From assembly GCA_951406725.2 (NCBI GenBank), contig OX597815.1:81468001-81532000 (forward strand): a stretch of 64,000 bases of DNA, written 5' to 3'. Position numbers and translations under genes: made by a program. Positions 1 to 13,720 of the stretch are shown piece by piece. Position 1 is the stretch's first letter; each line of letters begins with the position of its first letter. The stretch is from Octopus vulgaris. Lineage: Eukaryota. The notes under the pieces were generated by a model. That model ran no database searches. It saw nothing but the letters and a program-made list of their open reading frames with translations, and had not been told where the DNA came from.

Positions 1-297
1 CATGTCACCCGCATGGGTGCCTTTTATGTGTCACGTCCACAATTTCACTTAATTTGACATATCTTTTTAAGCACAACAAACTGCCAGAAGTCTTGAATTT
101 TTCAACTAGTGTAACCCACCAGATAACGACCTATGTCTCATGTGGGCCCCATTTCTCAAAAACAATTGACCATCCCTTGTACAATAGCTTCTTCATTGGC
201 TTGCTGATAAGTAATTCATAAACTGATCAATGTGAGAAACAACTTCCTCGATCATCCCATGATATTCTTGAGTCACCATCAAACCTATATAACTCAG

Positions 298-453
298 CAT
301 CATAATTGTTTAACATCCGCTTTCCATGTTGGCATGGGTTGGACAGTTTCACTGAGGACTGGCAAGCCAGGAGGCTGTACCAGGCTGATCTGACAAGGTT
401 TCAATTGCCAACCACTCCAAGAGTGTAGTGGGTGCTTTTTACATGCCACCAGC
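298..453 (-). mobile_element. RTE LINE 3'-tail copy (family A), degenerate
   Basis: catcat..gtttaacatccgctttccatgttggcatgggttggac...gagtgtagtgggtgctttttacatgccacc is the reverse complement of the RTE 3' UTR seen at 58180-58415. Confidence 0.8.
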
Positions 454-631
454 ATATATGTACATGTGTGTGTATATGATGGGTATTTACTCAAATTTAA
501 TATCTATTGAACTAAAGCTACATCCATACCAACCACATACTTTACATATATTTCTTCATTTTGTCTTATCCTCACATGATTATTTTTGAATTTATTATGG
601 TTGTGTGGTAGACAGAAACTGAAAGAAGCTG

Positions 632-669
<38 letters not shown>

Positions 670-818
670 TCTATAATTATAAACATAATTATAATTAGGG
701 GTCAGCTAATTGCCTCACCACATACCGAATTTAGAAATAAGAGTTAAAAATTCCTTTTCTACTGCTGTAAGAATTTTCACGACAGTAACAGACTTTTTAC
801 CCTTTTATTATGAATTTG

Positions 819-864
<46 letters not shown>

Positions 865-867
<3 letters not shown>

Positions 868-1080
868 GTGCGTGTGTGTGAGTTTGTCACCCACTCCACC
901 ACTTGACAACAAATATTGGTGTGTTTGTGTCCCGATAATCTAGTGGTTTGGCAAAAGGGACCGCAAGAATAAGTACTGAAGCTTACAAAGAATAAGTTCT
1001 GGAGTCAATTTCTTTGACAAAAACCCTTTAAGGCGGTGCTCCAGTATGGTCACGGCCAAATGCCTGAAACAAGTAAAACA
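865..1080 (+). mobile_element. SINE family B, 3' half
   Basis: Matches 6900-7092 (ttgacaac...ggcaaaag.gacc...gaataagtact...aaggcggtgctccag.atgg...tgaaacaagtaaa). Confidence 0.75.
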
Positions 1081-2029
1081 AATACAAGAAATAAATTGCT
1101 CTTCACAGCCTAATAATGATAATGGGGTTTAGGCAACCAAAACTGTAAGAATGTGATGGTGATTCCAAAACTCTACGGTGCTCTGTGGTCTTCAACAGAG
1201 ACACTTCTTTGTTTTCCACATTCCACTCAGCTTAAAATGAGTAGCCAAGATAGCTCAGTGTGGGAATGGGATTAAACTTTGCAATGGACTGGTATCCTAT
1301 CCAGGGTCAGGTATTGTACTCTTTGTATCATGGATACTGGGGATAAGTTCTGACCATACCAGCCTGTATTCTCATGGAACACAGTACACCTAACATAATG
1401 TATATAGTCCACCAATGAGATTCAGAGATTCTCAGAAGAGAAGACAATTAGCAGTGCTCAAAAGATTCAAACTTAGATTTCGATGTCTTTATGGGAGATC
1501 GATTCCACAAAGTAAAATATGGCTGTAAGAGGGATCAAACAATATATTTAATATAATTTATGTATCTAATTTGTTTCTCTGCATAATTAACCTAATATAT
1601 ATATATATACATACACACACATATATAAATATACATTTCGTTTCTTGGATTTGGTTTGCAATATTCTTTATGTGAGTTAGTGTGTTGAAGCATATTCTGT
1701 TGTGTCTGGGGAGAGTCATTTTCTTTTTGTGCCTTATTAATTTAACACTCTCACCAGTCAAATCCCCACTTATTTCTTATTTTTATTTTCCTAAACTTTT
1801 CATTGCGTCTTGTAACCTTTTCAATAGCCTTGAGAATCAAGACTATTGAAAATAAGAAAATAAAAATAAGAAATAAGTGGGAATTTTACAGGTGAGTGTG
1901 TTAAATTATAAGGCATAAAAAGAAAATGACTCTCCCCAGACACAACAGAACATACAACATACATACATGCATGCATGCATAGATACATACATACATACAT
2001 GCATACATACATACACATACATACATGGC

Positions 2030-2385
2030 TCTGATTTCAGTCCCACTGCATGGCATCCTGGGTGAGTGTTTCCACTATAGCCCTGAGCAACCCAAACAAA
2101 GCCTTTTAAGTGGATTTGGTAGATGGAAACTGAAAGAAGATTGTCATACATGTATGCATGTAATACATGTGTATGTGTGTGTTTGTATATATTTGTGTCT
2201 GTTCCATGTCACCACTTGATAACCAATGTTGGTTTGTTTATGTCCCAACAGCTTACTTTGGTTTGGCAAAAAAAGTCACTGGTAGAGAATTAGTATCAGT
2301 CATTAAGAAAATAAATACTGGGGTTTGATTTGTTCAGCTAAAACCCGCCCCCTCCAAGGTGGTGGCCCAGCATGGACCCAGTCTA
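2030..2385 (+). mobile_element. SINE family B, degenerate
   Basis: ttcagtcccactgcatggcatcctgg...tggatttggtagatggaaactgaaagaag, then a microsatellite spacer and the 3' half. Confidence 0.7.
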
Positions 2386-3197
2386 ATAATAGCAGTAACT
2401 TTAATTATCTATTAACTACATAAACAATTTCACCCAGTTGGCTGGTAAATAAATGCATGACCAGAACATTCTAGCAAGAAGAGGTCCAGTGGGTGGTGGG
2501 GATCGGCAAGTGGTTTTAATTATTCTCTAATCTGATGTAACATATTGCTAATAGTGTAAGTTCATTACACCAACAACCCCAAAGGTGAGGATGAATACAA
2601 ATCACCCTGGTGGCATGTGAACTTGGAATGGGAGCCAATGAAAGAAGAGGAGGAGGAGAGATGTGAATCTAAACAAACACAGAGAAAGGCATTTGATTTC
2701 CGTTTCTCTCTCCACAAAGATGTAACCACCACCCCACCATTCATAACTGACACTTCACTTCACCAGGGTCCACTATTATTATTTACGGAATAATGAACCT
2801 CATTTTAAGTGGGATCCCATTTTGTAAGCCACTCCAAGACATGCAACCAAACCAGCCACCACCACCACCACCACCACCAATGCCACTTCCTTCCCCAACT
2901 CTCACACCACACCTTGTAAACCACAGCGCATCACATCACCTCACTGTAAACATATTAACACCACACAATTGCACACTACATACACCACCCCAAAGTAATA
3001 CAAGACCGGTTGATGGAGCAAGGGTTAAAAACTAAATAAACTGATTTGCTTGCACAATACCACCACCACCACCTGCCTTACCCCTGCATTCATTCATTCA
3101 TCCATCTTTCTTTTTCTGACAGCTTATTACCATCACACTGCTAAACTCTCTACATTGAAGTGTCAACCACATACTACATACTCAGATACTAAGAAGT

Positions 3198-3201
3198 TAT
3201 A

Positions 3202-3261
<60 letters not shown>

Positions 3262-3510
3262 TATATTTGTATGTACATTTATACGTATGTATATATATAT
3301 ATATATGTACACACACACATACATATACATGTGTATATATATATATATATATACATACAAACACACATATATACACATACACACACACACACATGCACAT
3401 ATATACACATACATACATACACACACACATATATATATATATATAGACACACACATATGTATATAATACACACACACATATGGTCATGTGTGTGTGTAAG
3501 TGTGTGTACA
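3198..3510. repeat. Compound (TA)n/(CA)n microsatellite
   Basis: Direct inspection; source of several spurious YI/TH-rich ORFs. Confidence 0.95.
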
Positions 3511-4132
3511 TAAATTACTTCTCACACACTTATGCTTCTTGCTTTTCTTTTTCCTTCAGTACCCCACCACCACCACCAATCCCCCACCCCCACCGCCACT
3601 TTCTCTCCTTCTCTCCACATAAGGTTTTAATCAAAATGAATGAATAAAATAGTGAAGAAAAAAAAAAGCGAAACAGAAAAAAAAAAGGAAAATTAATTAA
3701 AAAAAAAAATACCAGATTCTCCTCCAAGCACCACAACCAAATCATGCCCCTCCCCCCCACATCTATCAGACAGCTCCCTCACAACTAGAGAGGGCCAAGA
3801 TGTAGTGGCAGTGGTGACAGTATTGGTGGGTGGTGGTGAGTTAGAAATGGGTGGAGGTAGAGATAGTGTTGTTGTTGTTGTTGTTGTTGCTCTTGTGGTA
3901 GTCAGTGTTGGTGGTGGTGGTGGTAGTGTGAGTGGTTGGTGTTAGAAACTTAATCCCTTCTATTATGCTGCTATTATTATCTGGGAACAATGGGTAATGA
4001 CATTGTCATTAATGACCAGCTTTTGATAATCTCATGGAGGGCAGTGGGGGGGGATACAAGTAGGGGTCTCTCACTCCAGCACAAAATATTTAAGGAAGGG
4101 TCTACCTCCTAGTTTAGTTGTGTGTGTGTGTC

Positions 4133-4178
<46 letters not shown>

Positions 4179-4268
4179 AGTGATATATATATATATATAT
4201 ATGTGTACATATAAATATACATACATATATATAGATAGATAGATATATGATTATATTTAAATATATAA

Positions 4269-4310
<42 letters not shown>

Positions 4311-4939
4311 GTATGTAGGTATGTGTATATATATATATATATATTTATTTGTGTATGTTTGTGTATGGGGGGGAGATGTAGGGAGATAGAAAGAGAGAGT
4401 GCCCAGCTATATTTCATTGGGGTTTTTTCTATTTTTTTGACATGAGGGTGGTGGAGATGCAAAGACCCAGAGAAAAGAGCAGTGAAGAAAACAGAAGTGT
4501 ACAGGAAGAGCAGAAGGGGCAATCAATCATTTCTGTAACATGAGAAAACAGGAAGAGAGGAGAGGATGGAGGAGGAGGCGGTGATATGCCAGTGGTTCAA
4601 GAGATAGGGAAATGATGACAATGATTATGGTGATGATAATGATGATGGTCATGAAGGAGGAAGAGAAGAAGAGGAAGAGGAAAAAAGCAAGAAGTCTTAA
4701 GAAAGAGAAGGAGAGAGAATAAGGATGTATGTGGAAGGAATATTAGGAGGAGTCGGATCAATTACAGAAGGAAGAACCAATTAGAGAAGAAGAAACAATT
4801 AGAGATGAAGAGAATAGAAACGATTACAGAGGGAAGAATAAGAATAAGAAGAAGAAATCTTAGAGATGAAGAATAAGATGAGAAAAGTAGCAGGAAAAGA
4901 GGAGAAGGAAGGAAAAGGCGATGTAGAAAAGAGAGAGCA

Positions 4940-4981
<42 letters not shown>

Positions 4982-6000
4982 GCATACATGGAAAGAGGAG
5001 AGCTATAGAACACAAAAAGAGAGAAATGAAGAAATGTGCAGAAGAGGGAGAGATAGAGACTGAGAAAGAGGGAGGAGGAGGAGATGATGTCACTTGACTT
5101 CAGAATCACAAATCAGTAAATAATAGCCAGGCCCTGAAGCTCAACAAATAATCTAAAGCCAATGTCAACAGCTCAACCACCATCCTCACCATCGCTGCCA
5201 CCTTTGTCACCATTGCCACTGCCCTTTCTTGTTCTTTCAGAAGCCCTAGGGAAACCCACCACTATCACCACCACTGCCACCACCACCAATCTAGCAGACA
5301 AATGAACAAATATAAAATTTGGATTTCCACCCCAACCAACCAACCACCTAGACAGACCATTGTTGTAGGGCAATTTTTGTTTGTTTTTTCAAGGGCATAG
5401 GTGGTCTTCTGTGTTTACTTTTTACCCTGGGGCAGGGTTGTCATTGAATAAAAGGCAGAGAATGTTAACATTTACTGATAAACTCTGATCAGGGATGGTG
5501 GTTAGGGTGGGGGTGGGGTGGAGTGGCACTCATTCTTTTCTTGTTTTTTTTTTGCCTTGTTTTGACAAAAGCGTGTAAAGAGGAGGGAATACTATGGATT
5601 TGAAACCAACAAAGTCAAGCCACACCCCACACCTCTCTCTCTCTCTCTTTTCCTCTCTTCCATCAACAGGATTGGCAGACCTTGCCAATAAGAGTTAGGC
5701 AACAATCCAAAAAGGTACTAATTATGACACTTCTAATGATGATGTAGATGTTGATGATGATGATGATGATGATGACAGCAATAGGTCACTTCTTTAGTAA
5801 ATTGTGACAATAACAGCAACAGCCGATGGGGGGGAGGACATTACAAAAGAACAGCACTTGAGAAGCAAAGAGACACGGGGAGGGGTGCATGTGTGTGTGT
5901 GTATGCATGTATGTGTATATATATATAATACATATATATGTATATATATACACATATATATGTATATATATACACATATATATGTATATATATACACATA

Positions 6001-6033
<33 letters not shown>

Positions 6034-6652
6034 GCAGAAAGAGAGAGAGAGGGAGTGAGTGAGAGAGGTGGAAAGAGAAGGAGAGAACATGACACCAGGC
6101 ATGAAATATAATTATGCTGTCCTGAGATTCCATGAATAATCAAGCAGTGTGCCAAGAAAGCCTTCTTCAACCACCATTAGAAATGCAACATTCTAACTCC
6201 ACTCACAAACTAACCAGCCAACCACGGCGATGCTTCAAGAAAATGGATATCATAAAATGTCCCCTGTCCCCTCTTAAACCTCTCTAAGTGAAATAATAAG
6301 GAAAGAAGACAATGAAAAAGAAAGCCTGTCTAGATAATATGTAATAGGTTGTGCAAATGTTTTCGAGCCAGCCATTTATTCTTAATTCGTCCAATGCCAA
6401 GGATGGGTATGGCAGTGACAAAAGAAGACTCTCCACCAGATTTCTCTTATTCAAACCAATGTATTTCCTTTTGCCAGTGATTGGTCGTGTCTGCATTCTT
6501 CATCAGACATGTTTCACAGCTTTGGTATATGTGGTCTTAGGCAGGCCACACCCAATGCGTGTGTTAATGGATAAATGTAATTCACACACATGCACACAAG
6601 GAACAGGAATTTTAACAAAGACTGGAGCAAAACTATATATATATATATAAAT

Positions 6653-6690
<38 letters not shown>

Positions 6691-6718
6691 TTGCACATAA
6701 TGTATGCAATTGAGCACG

Positions 6719-7090
6719 TGTAGGAGTGGCTGTGTGGTAAGTAGCTTACTAACCAACCACATGGTTCCAGGTTCAGTCCCACTGCGTGGCATCTTGGGCA
6801 AGTGTTTTCTGCTATAGCCCCGGGCTGACCAATGCCTTATGAGTGGATTTGGTAGATGGAAACTGAAAGAAGCCTGTCGTATATATGTGTTTGTGTGTGT
6901 GTGTTTGTCCCCCTAGCATTGCTTGACAACCGATGCAGGTGTGTTTACATCCCCGTCACTTAGCGGTTCGGCAAAAGAGACCGATAGAATAAGTACTGGG
7001 CTTACAAAGAATAAGTCCCGGGGTTGATTTGCTCGACTAAAGGCAGAGCTCCAGCATGGCTGCAGTCAAATGACTGAAACAAGTAAAAGA

Positions 7091-7092
<2 letters not shown>
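6719..7092 (+). mobile_element. Full-length tRNA-derived SINE (family B)
   Basis: A-box TGGCTGTGTGG, B-box GGTTCAGTCCC, internal (TA)(TG) spacer, 3' end tgaaacaagtaaaagag; near-identical copy at 22708-23117 on the minus strand. Confidence 0.9.
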
Positions 7093-7130
<38 letters not shown>

Positions 7131-7206
7131 CCTGACAAGTAACCCTATGATTCCATTTGTGCTTCAGAGCATATGGATAGAAGGAAAGAAAAAGCATATG
7201 TATGTA

Positions 7207-7256
<50 letters not shown>

Positions 7257-7573
7257 CATACGTGCGTGTCTGTGTGATGTGTCCATTCTACTTGAAACAT
7301 TGAAAGTGAAGACAATAACTGTTTCTAGCATAAACACAAGACCTGAAATTTGGAGTGAAATGGGTTAGTCAGTTATACACTAAGCCCCTGTATGTAACTG
7401 GTATATCATCTTATCAACCACAGAGAGAAGAAAAACAAAGCATTTTGTCTGACCATCGTACGATTCTGCCTTATAATAAACAATGGCTTCAAATTTTGGT
7501 ACAAGAATCACAATTTAGAGTGGGGTGCAGTGAGGGGATAGTCAGTGACAGCAAGCCCAGTGTTCAACTAATA

Positions 7574-8181
7574 CAATAATGCCTCGATATACAAGTCAAT
7601 TTGTTCCTGGAGTCTGCTCGTAAAGCAACAATTCGTTAAGCAGAGCAATAATTTCCCATAGTAACAATGTCATAAACCATAATCCGTTCAGAAAAATATT
7701 TTACCAATAAAAATTTTTTTAATTCATAAATAAATGGCAATAAAACAACAGTAGAATGTAAAGAATATTTTAATTAAAGTAAAAAGAATGTCAAGATCAT
7801 TTATAATTAAAAATGTTGTTATAATCGCTTTCTGAATTTTCACCTGCACTAGACTCATGCACATTATCACTTGTAGACACAGTCTCCGATTCACAAGCAC
7901 CCGTAGACGGACTTGTAGATTTCCTTTTAAAAAACAAGTCTAGAGTTGTTTGCCTAGAAGAAGCTTGTTTTCACTCTTAATAAATTTCTTGCAAACATGC
8001 AGAAGCATTCGTTATGGTAGTAGAAACTTTTGCACTTTGTTCAAAATTTGGATCTTGTGCTTCGAAAATTTCCAAGGCTTTATCCACAAAATGGCTGTTT
8101 AACCTTTTATATTTATTATAAAATAAAACTTCTATATCTGGGGTCTTGTAAAGCAGGTCCTCATAAAGTCAGGTATTACTG
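7574..8181 (-). mobile_element. Tigger/pogo-type DNA transposon, internally deleted, inserted in a family C SINE
   Basis: TA on both sides; imperfect TIRs caataatgcctcgatatacaag / ctcataaagtcaggtattactg; minus-strand 7900-8095 translates HFVDKALEIFEAQDPNFEQSAKV..ITNASACLQEIY*E*KQASSRQTTLDLFFK, matching the Tigger1-type transposase C-terminus. Confidence 0.85.
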
Positions 8182-8183
8182 TA

Positions 8184-8812
8184 CTTATTTTTATTGACTC
8201 GAGAGGGATGAAAGGTAAAGTTGACTTTGGTAGGGTTTGAACTCGGAATGTAAAGAGCTGTAAGAAATGCCACTAAGTACTTGTTTCTTACACACTAAGG
8301 ATTCTGCCAGCTCAACAACAACAACAGTAATAATCCTTTTCACTAAAGGCACAAGGTCAGCAATTTCAGAGGAGAGGATTAGTCGATTTCATCAACCCCA
8401 GTACATAGCTAGTACTTAATTTATTGACTCCAAAAGGATGAAAGGTAAAGTCAACCTTGGCAGAATTTGAGCTCAGAATGTGCAGATGGGATGAAATGCC
8501 ACCAAGTATTTTGCCTGGCGTGCTAATGATACTGCTGCCAGCTCACTCCCTTAATAATAATTAGAAATATTAACTTTTATTATTAAAAACAACAACAATA
8601 ATGGTTTCAAATTTTGCCACAGGGCAGCCATTTTGGGGGAGGGGACTAGTCGATTACATTGACCCCAATATTCAACTGGTACTTAATTTATCGACTCTGA
8701 AAGGATGAAAGGCAAAGTTGACCTCAGTGGAATTTGAACTTGCAGACAGGATGAACTGCTGCTCAACATTTAGCCTGGTGTGCTAACAATTCCACTGCCA
8801 GCTCACCACCTT
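8184..8812 (-). mobile_element. Tandem cluster of family C SINE copies separated by (AAT)/(AAC) runs
   Basis: Repeated aaggatgaaagg(t/c)aaagt(t/c)(g/a)ac...ga(a/g)ctc.gaa...ctgccagctc at about 8205, 8435 and 8700; the first copy is the remainder of the Tigger-interrupted SINE that begins near 7490. Confidence 0.8.
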
Positions 8813-8835
8813 AATAATAATAATAATAATAATAA

Positions 8836-9393
8836 ATGCAGTATCAGACAGTGGTTATGCCCTGATGCAGTACTAGGCAGTGGCTCTCATGGCTTCTGAC
8901 CATAACTGACTAGAAGTGTTATCATGTACATTGTTTTGTCTTGGTATAAAAGATGGGCTACAGCAAATATTCTGCTCAATACCACAGATTTGTTTGTCAG
9001 TTGTTTTACTTTAATCAGTTGAGCATGTCCCTTAGTGGCTGACGATATGTGCATCTCTGATCATGAGCAGAAGTGGTGGGGGAGCATCATAGCCATGGAT
9101 CAAGAGGAATTCTTTAGGGTTTGAATAATTCACCTCTGGAAACATGGCTGTTTCATTCATCATCCTTAAACAATCCTTATTCAGAGACCTTTTGAGCAGA
9201 AGAAAATTCTAACTAGGCCCCCACCCACAAAGTCATGCGCTGTTTATCTTGATGTGAGATCAACATATCGCGCACATGGTTGTGATGCATGTGCATGGTG
9301 TACCCTTGTCAGAAGGGTAGTCATGATGGATATACTACTCTTCATATATTTTACCCCAGTGTCACTTTGATGGAATGCACTGCTCTCTCACCC
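8836..9393. mobile_element. Unclassified ~560 bp element embedded in an (AAT)n tract
   Basis: Higher-complexity sequence bounded directly by (aat)n on both sides; no recognisable protein motif. Confidence 0.45.
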
Positions 9394-9474
9394 AATAATA
9401 ATAATAAAAATAATGGTTCCTAGTTTAGGCACAAGATCTGAAAAAATTGGGGAAGGAGAGGGGCCACTTATATT

Positions 9475-9580
9475 CTTTTCTACTCTAGGCACAAGGCCCG
9501 AAATTTATCGACCTGAAAGGATGAAAGGCAAAGTTGACCTCAGCAGATTTTGAACCCAGAACGTAAAGACAGACGAAATA
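9475..9580 (-). mobile_element. 5'-truncated, internally deleted family C SINE nested in an older copy
   Basis: Flanked by the 11-bp direct repeat ccacttatatt (9464-9474 and 9581-9591). Confidence 0.7.
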
Positions 9581-10211
9581 CCACTTATATTGACCCTAGT
9601 GTTCAATTTGAAAGGATGAAAGGCAAAGTCAACCAGAACAAATAGCGCAAGTAGGTCTAAAGAATTTACAAATCTGTTGTCAAAATAACAACATCAAAAA
9701 TAATAATAAAAGTAACATTTTAGCAACTTTTGTTGGGTGGTCCGTTTTCAGTGGAGTTGGTACCAACATAATTATCAGTTGTACTATTTTATAAAAGTGA
9801 AAACTTCACAACTAATTTATAAGGAACACACGCGTATGTGTGTGTATGAATATATACATATACACACACAAACTATATATATATATATACACATAAAATT
9901 ATAAAGAGTGGCAAATATTTTTAGAAATTTCACTACCGGTGGCCTAGCATGTATAAAAAAAGTCAATAGACAACATTTTCTTAATATAAAATAGTGTACG
10001 TTTAAACTGCTTTTAAATTGCTCTTAAATGTGGTTTTGCTCGTTTTGACTGCTTCTTCTAGCATGTAAAAATTACCTGTTAAAGGTAGTTTTCTCTGGTG
10101 TTTAAATGTACACTATTTTATATTGAGAATAAATATATATATAAAATCAACAGACGAGATTCATCATCTGAATATATTCAGTTCTTGTTTCTCTCTACAT
10201 GCATATGTGTT

Positions 10212-10252
<41 letters not shown>

Positions 10253-10295
10253 ATACATCCATCCAAGACAGCTTTATTTGTTTATTTGCATCATT

Positions 10296-10380
<85 letters not shown>

Positions 10381-12120
10381 GTGTGTGTGTGCTCACATGT
10401 GTATATATACATGCTTATGTATGTATGTGTTTGTGTCTATGCACACATAAAAAGATTCACCTACATACAAATCACACAAATAAATTCACTTTGTAAATTC
10501 CTCTTTTAACTCAAGTGCAGCAACAGAAAAGAAGAAAGCTTGGAGTTTTTTGCTCTACTTTTAGCAAATGTTTGCTAATGAATTCTTAAGATGTGAACAA
10601 ATAATTAATATTTTAAAAATCTTGATTAATTCTTGAAATAATGGAAATATCAATAATTCTTTTTAAGTAATGAAATGGATAATAAGCGATGCAAGGGGAA
10701 ATTAAGTGAATTAAAAGATTTATTTAATTCTTTTTTTTTTTTACATTTTAAATAAAGTTAGTTTTTTTAAATACTCCTTTAGTCTTTAACAAAAAAAAAA
10801 CATTTCCCTATCTTTATGATGATAATTGTAATCAAAAGTAATGCCATGTGACCATCACCCACCAATCAAATTTCATCACATCATTTGATCATAGTTGACC
10901 AAATATAATATATCCTTTGCTTTCTCTTTGCCATCTGTTTTTTTTAAAATTCTATTATTCTCTTAATAGATGAATGCTGTGAATAATGGCCTGCAGATAA
11001 AAAGGGCTGGTGTGGCAAGAACAGTAGAGTATCTCTTACCATTTAACTTTTCCCTGTTTGAGTTGTTAGATCGTGGCCATGCTAAGGCATTGTCTCGAAG
11101 AGTTTAGTCAAATAAATCAACCTGGGTACTTTATTTTTAAGTTTGCCACTTATTCAGTCTGACTCTTTTGCTAAACTACTAAGTTATGGAGAAGTAAACC
11201 AACGCCAGTAGGTAGTAGGATGGTGAGGTGGTGGGGGACAAACACGCACCACCGCCACTGCCGCCACCACCACCACCACCAGCAGTGCTGGTGCCACATA
11301 AAAAGCACCAAGTACACTCAGCAAAGTGGTTGGTATAAGAAAGGGTATTCAGTCACAGAAACCATACTATAGACAACAGAACCGTGAGTAATTCCTTAGC
11401 TTGCCAGTTACTGTCAAACAGTTAAAGCTATGCCAACATGGAAGACAGATATTAAATGATGAAATAAATACACACATACATGTGTAGGCTTCCACACAGT
11501 TTCTGCCTACCAAACTCACTCACAACTTCATATGACATCGGTCAACCTGGGACTATATTTAGAAGACACCTGGTCCAGGTGCTGTGCAGTGGGACTGAAC
11601 CTGAAACCATGTGGTTGTAAAACAGGATTTTAATCACATGGCCATGCCTGTACCTTTATTATTCAAAGATTTGAAATTTAGATTTCCACACATTAACAGA
11701 TGCAGGTTCAACATTGATTTCACCCCAATATTTAATTCCCTTTTTTAGACTGACACATGTCACCGAGTTAGATATGGGGCTCTGCACTAGATTAAAATCA
11801 ACTCCAATAATTAATTTTGCTTTTTTGTATTTTTTTTTTTACAATTAACTCTGTAAGTATGGAAAGTGAAGTCAACTACAGCAGGGTTTGTATTCAGATT
11901 TATCAAGAGGTTGAATTTAATATTGTAATGTAAGGTTTTCCAACACTGCCATTTCTAACGGAGGATCATCATCGCTAAATCGCTACATATTATATTTTAC
12001 GAAAACAATCCTGAAAGAGTGTAAAGCAAACCCAAACACTAATAGCACTTGAACTTCCAACATAATGGACATGACTAAAATTTTGAACAGAAATATTATT
12101 AAATAAAATATATATATATT

Positions 12121-12450
12121 ATCATCTTTTAACGTCTGTTTTCCATACTAGCATGGGTTGGACGGTTCGACCGGGGTCTGGGAAGCCAGGAGGCTGCACC
12201 AAGCTCCAATCTTGATCTGGCAGTGTTTCTACAGCTGGATGCCCTTCCTAATACCAACCACTCCATGAATGTAGTGGGTGCTTTTTATGTGCCACCAGCA
12301 CAGGTATCAGGGGAGGCTGGCAACGGCTATGATCAGTTGGTGCTTTTTATGTGCCACCAGCACAGGTATTACAATTACAATTTCCATTTGATTTTTATTT
12401 TGATGTTGATGTACTGGACTCAATAGGTCTCCTGAAGCACAGCAGGGATC
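12121..12450 (-). mobile_element. RTE 3'-tail copy (family A)
   Basis: tttaacgtctgttttccatactagcatgggttggacgg...ctacagctggatgcccttccta; abuts (TA)n. Confidence 0.85.
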
Positions 12451-12729
12451 TCCTCAACACTTTTGTATGTCCACTTCCGTTTATTATTTGTCTGTTCTTG
12501 TTCTGTTATATTTCAGACCCATTTTTCCAGAAGCTCTTGCTAGTTGCTACCAGAAGGGAAGCAATATTATTGTTAAAAGCACAAAATTACATTTGACCCT
12601 CTGGCCAGTAACTGGTGAGGAGTTGGGGACCTTCTGTGTCTGTGACTGTTTTCCATTTGTTCGTGCATTTACTATACAGTTTTTAGTAGAACGCATTGTA
12701 CCCTTGGTCTTATTTATAGTAAGTTACTT

Positions 12730-12966
12730 ATCATCATCATCATCGTTTAACGTCCGTTTTCCGCGCTAGCACGGGTTGGACGGTTCGACCGGGGTCTGGG
12801 GAGCCAGGGGCTGCTCCAGGCTCCAGTCTGATCTGGCAGTGTTTCTACAGCTGGATGCCCTTCCTAACGCCAACCACTCCGCGAGTGTAGTGGGTGCTTT
12901 TTACGTGCCACCTGCACAGGTGCCAGAGGGGTCTGGCATCGGCCACGATCGGTTGGTGCTTTTTAT
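12730..12966 (-). mobile_element. RTE 3'-tail copy (family A), young
   Basis: (CAT)n-cgtttaacgtccgttttccgcgctagcacggg...; CpGs intact and closely similar to the reverse complement of 59208-59439. Confidence 0.9.
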
Positions 12967-13242
12967 GAGAAGCTTCTTTCAATTTCTGTCTACCATATCC
13001 ATGTACAAAGCCTTGGTCAGCCCAAATCAAACAAAGATGTTGCACAGTGGGACTGAACCCAGAATGATGTGGTTGGGAAGCAAGCTTCCTACCATACAGC
13101 TAGGCCTGGGCTTTCAACAGAATAATTAAATAAACTGAAGCTATTCAATATAGAAACTGAATCCCAAATTATCCACTTAATCAGATTTTACCTTTAAAAA
13201 ATATATATGTATATATATAAAATATATATATGTATGTATGAA

Positions 13243-13671
13243 GACCCATCAAGGCAAGTGAAATTGTAGGTGTGGCTGATGCTGGTGTCATGTAAAAAGC
13301 ACCTTTTCAGCGTTGGGCCTCAGGGAAGCAAAGTGGCTGACGCCAGTGGCACGTGAAAAGCTCCTTTCAAGTGTTGGGCCTCATGGAGGTAATGACCGAG
13401 ACCTTTGGCATTATGTCATGCTTCAGAAGAAGACCCATCAAGCTGTGTAAAACTGCAGTTGTGACAGATACTGGTGTCACACAAATGGCACCTGTGCCAG
13501 TGATGCGTAAAAGCACCCACTACACTCTCAGAGTGGTTGGTGTTAGGGAGGGCATCCAGCTGTAGAAACAATGCCAAACCAGTCTGGAGTCTGGTGCAGC
13601 CTTCCAGGCTTGCCAGCCTTGGTCAAACAAACCATGCCAGCATGGACAACAGACGCTAAATGAGATGATGA
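13243..13671 (+). mobile_element. RTE 3' UTR copy with internal repeats
   Basis: gaagacccatcaag and cgttgggcctca.gga units are duplicated; ends gtggttggtgttagggagggcatccagctgtagaaa...gacgctaaatgagatgatgat. Confidence 0.75.
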
Positions 13672-13678
13672 TATGTGT

Positions 13679-13720
<42 letters not shown>

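Noticed and set aside
3050-3513. Many overlapping ORFs rich in YI/CV/TH dipeptides (also near 14200, 19400, 22100-22650, 25600 and 29560-30650)
   Set aside because: They are translations of stop-free dinucleotide microsatellites, not proteins
3961-3982. tattatgctgctatt resembles, from memory, the 5' part of a lophotrochozoan miRNA
   Set aside because: The 3' part diverges and the flanks give no precursor hairpin
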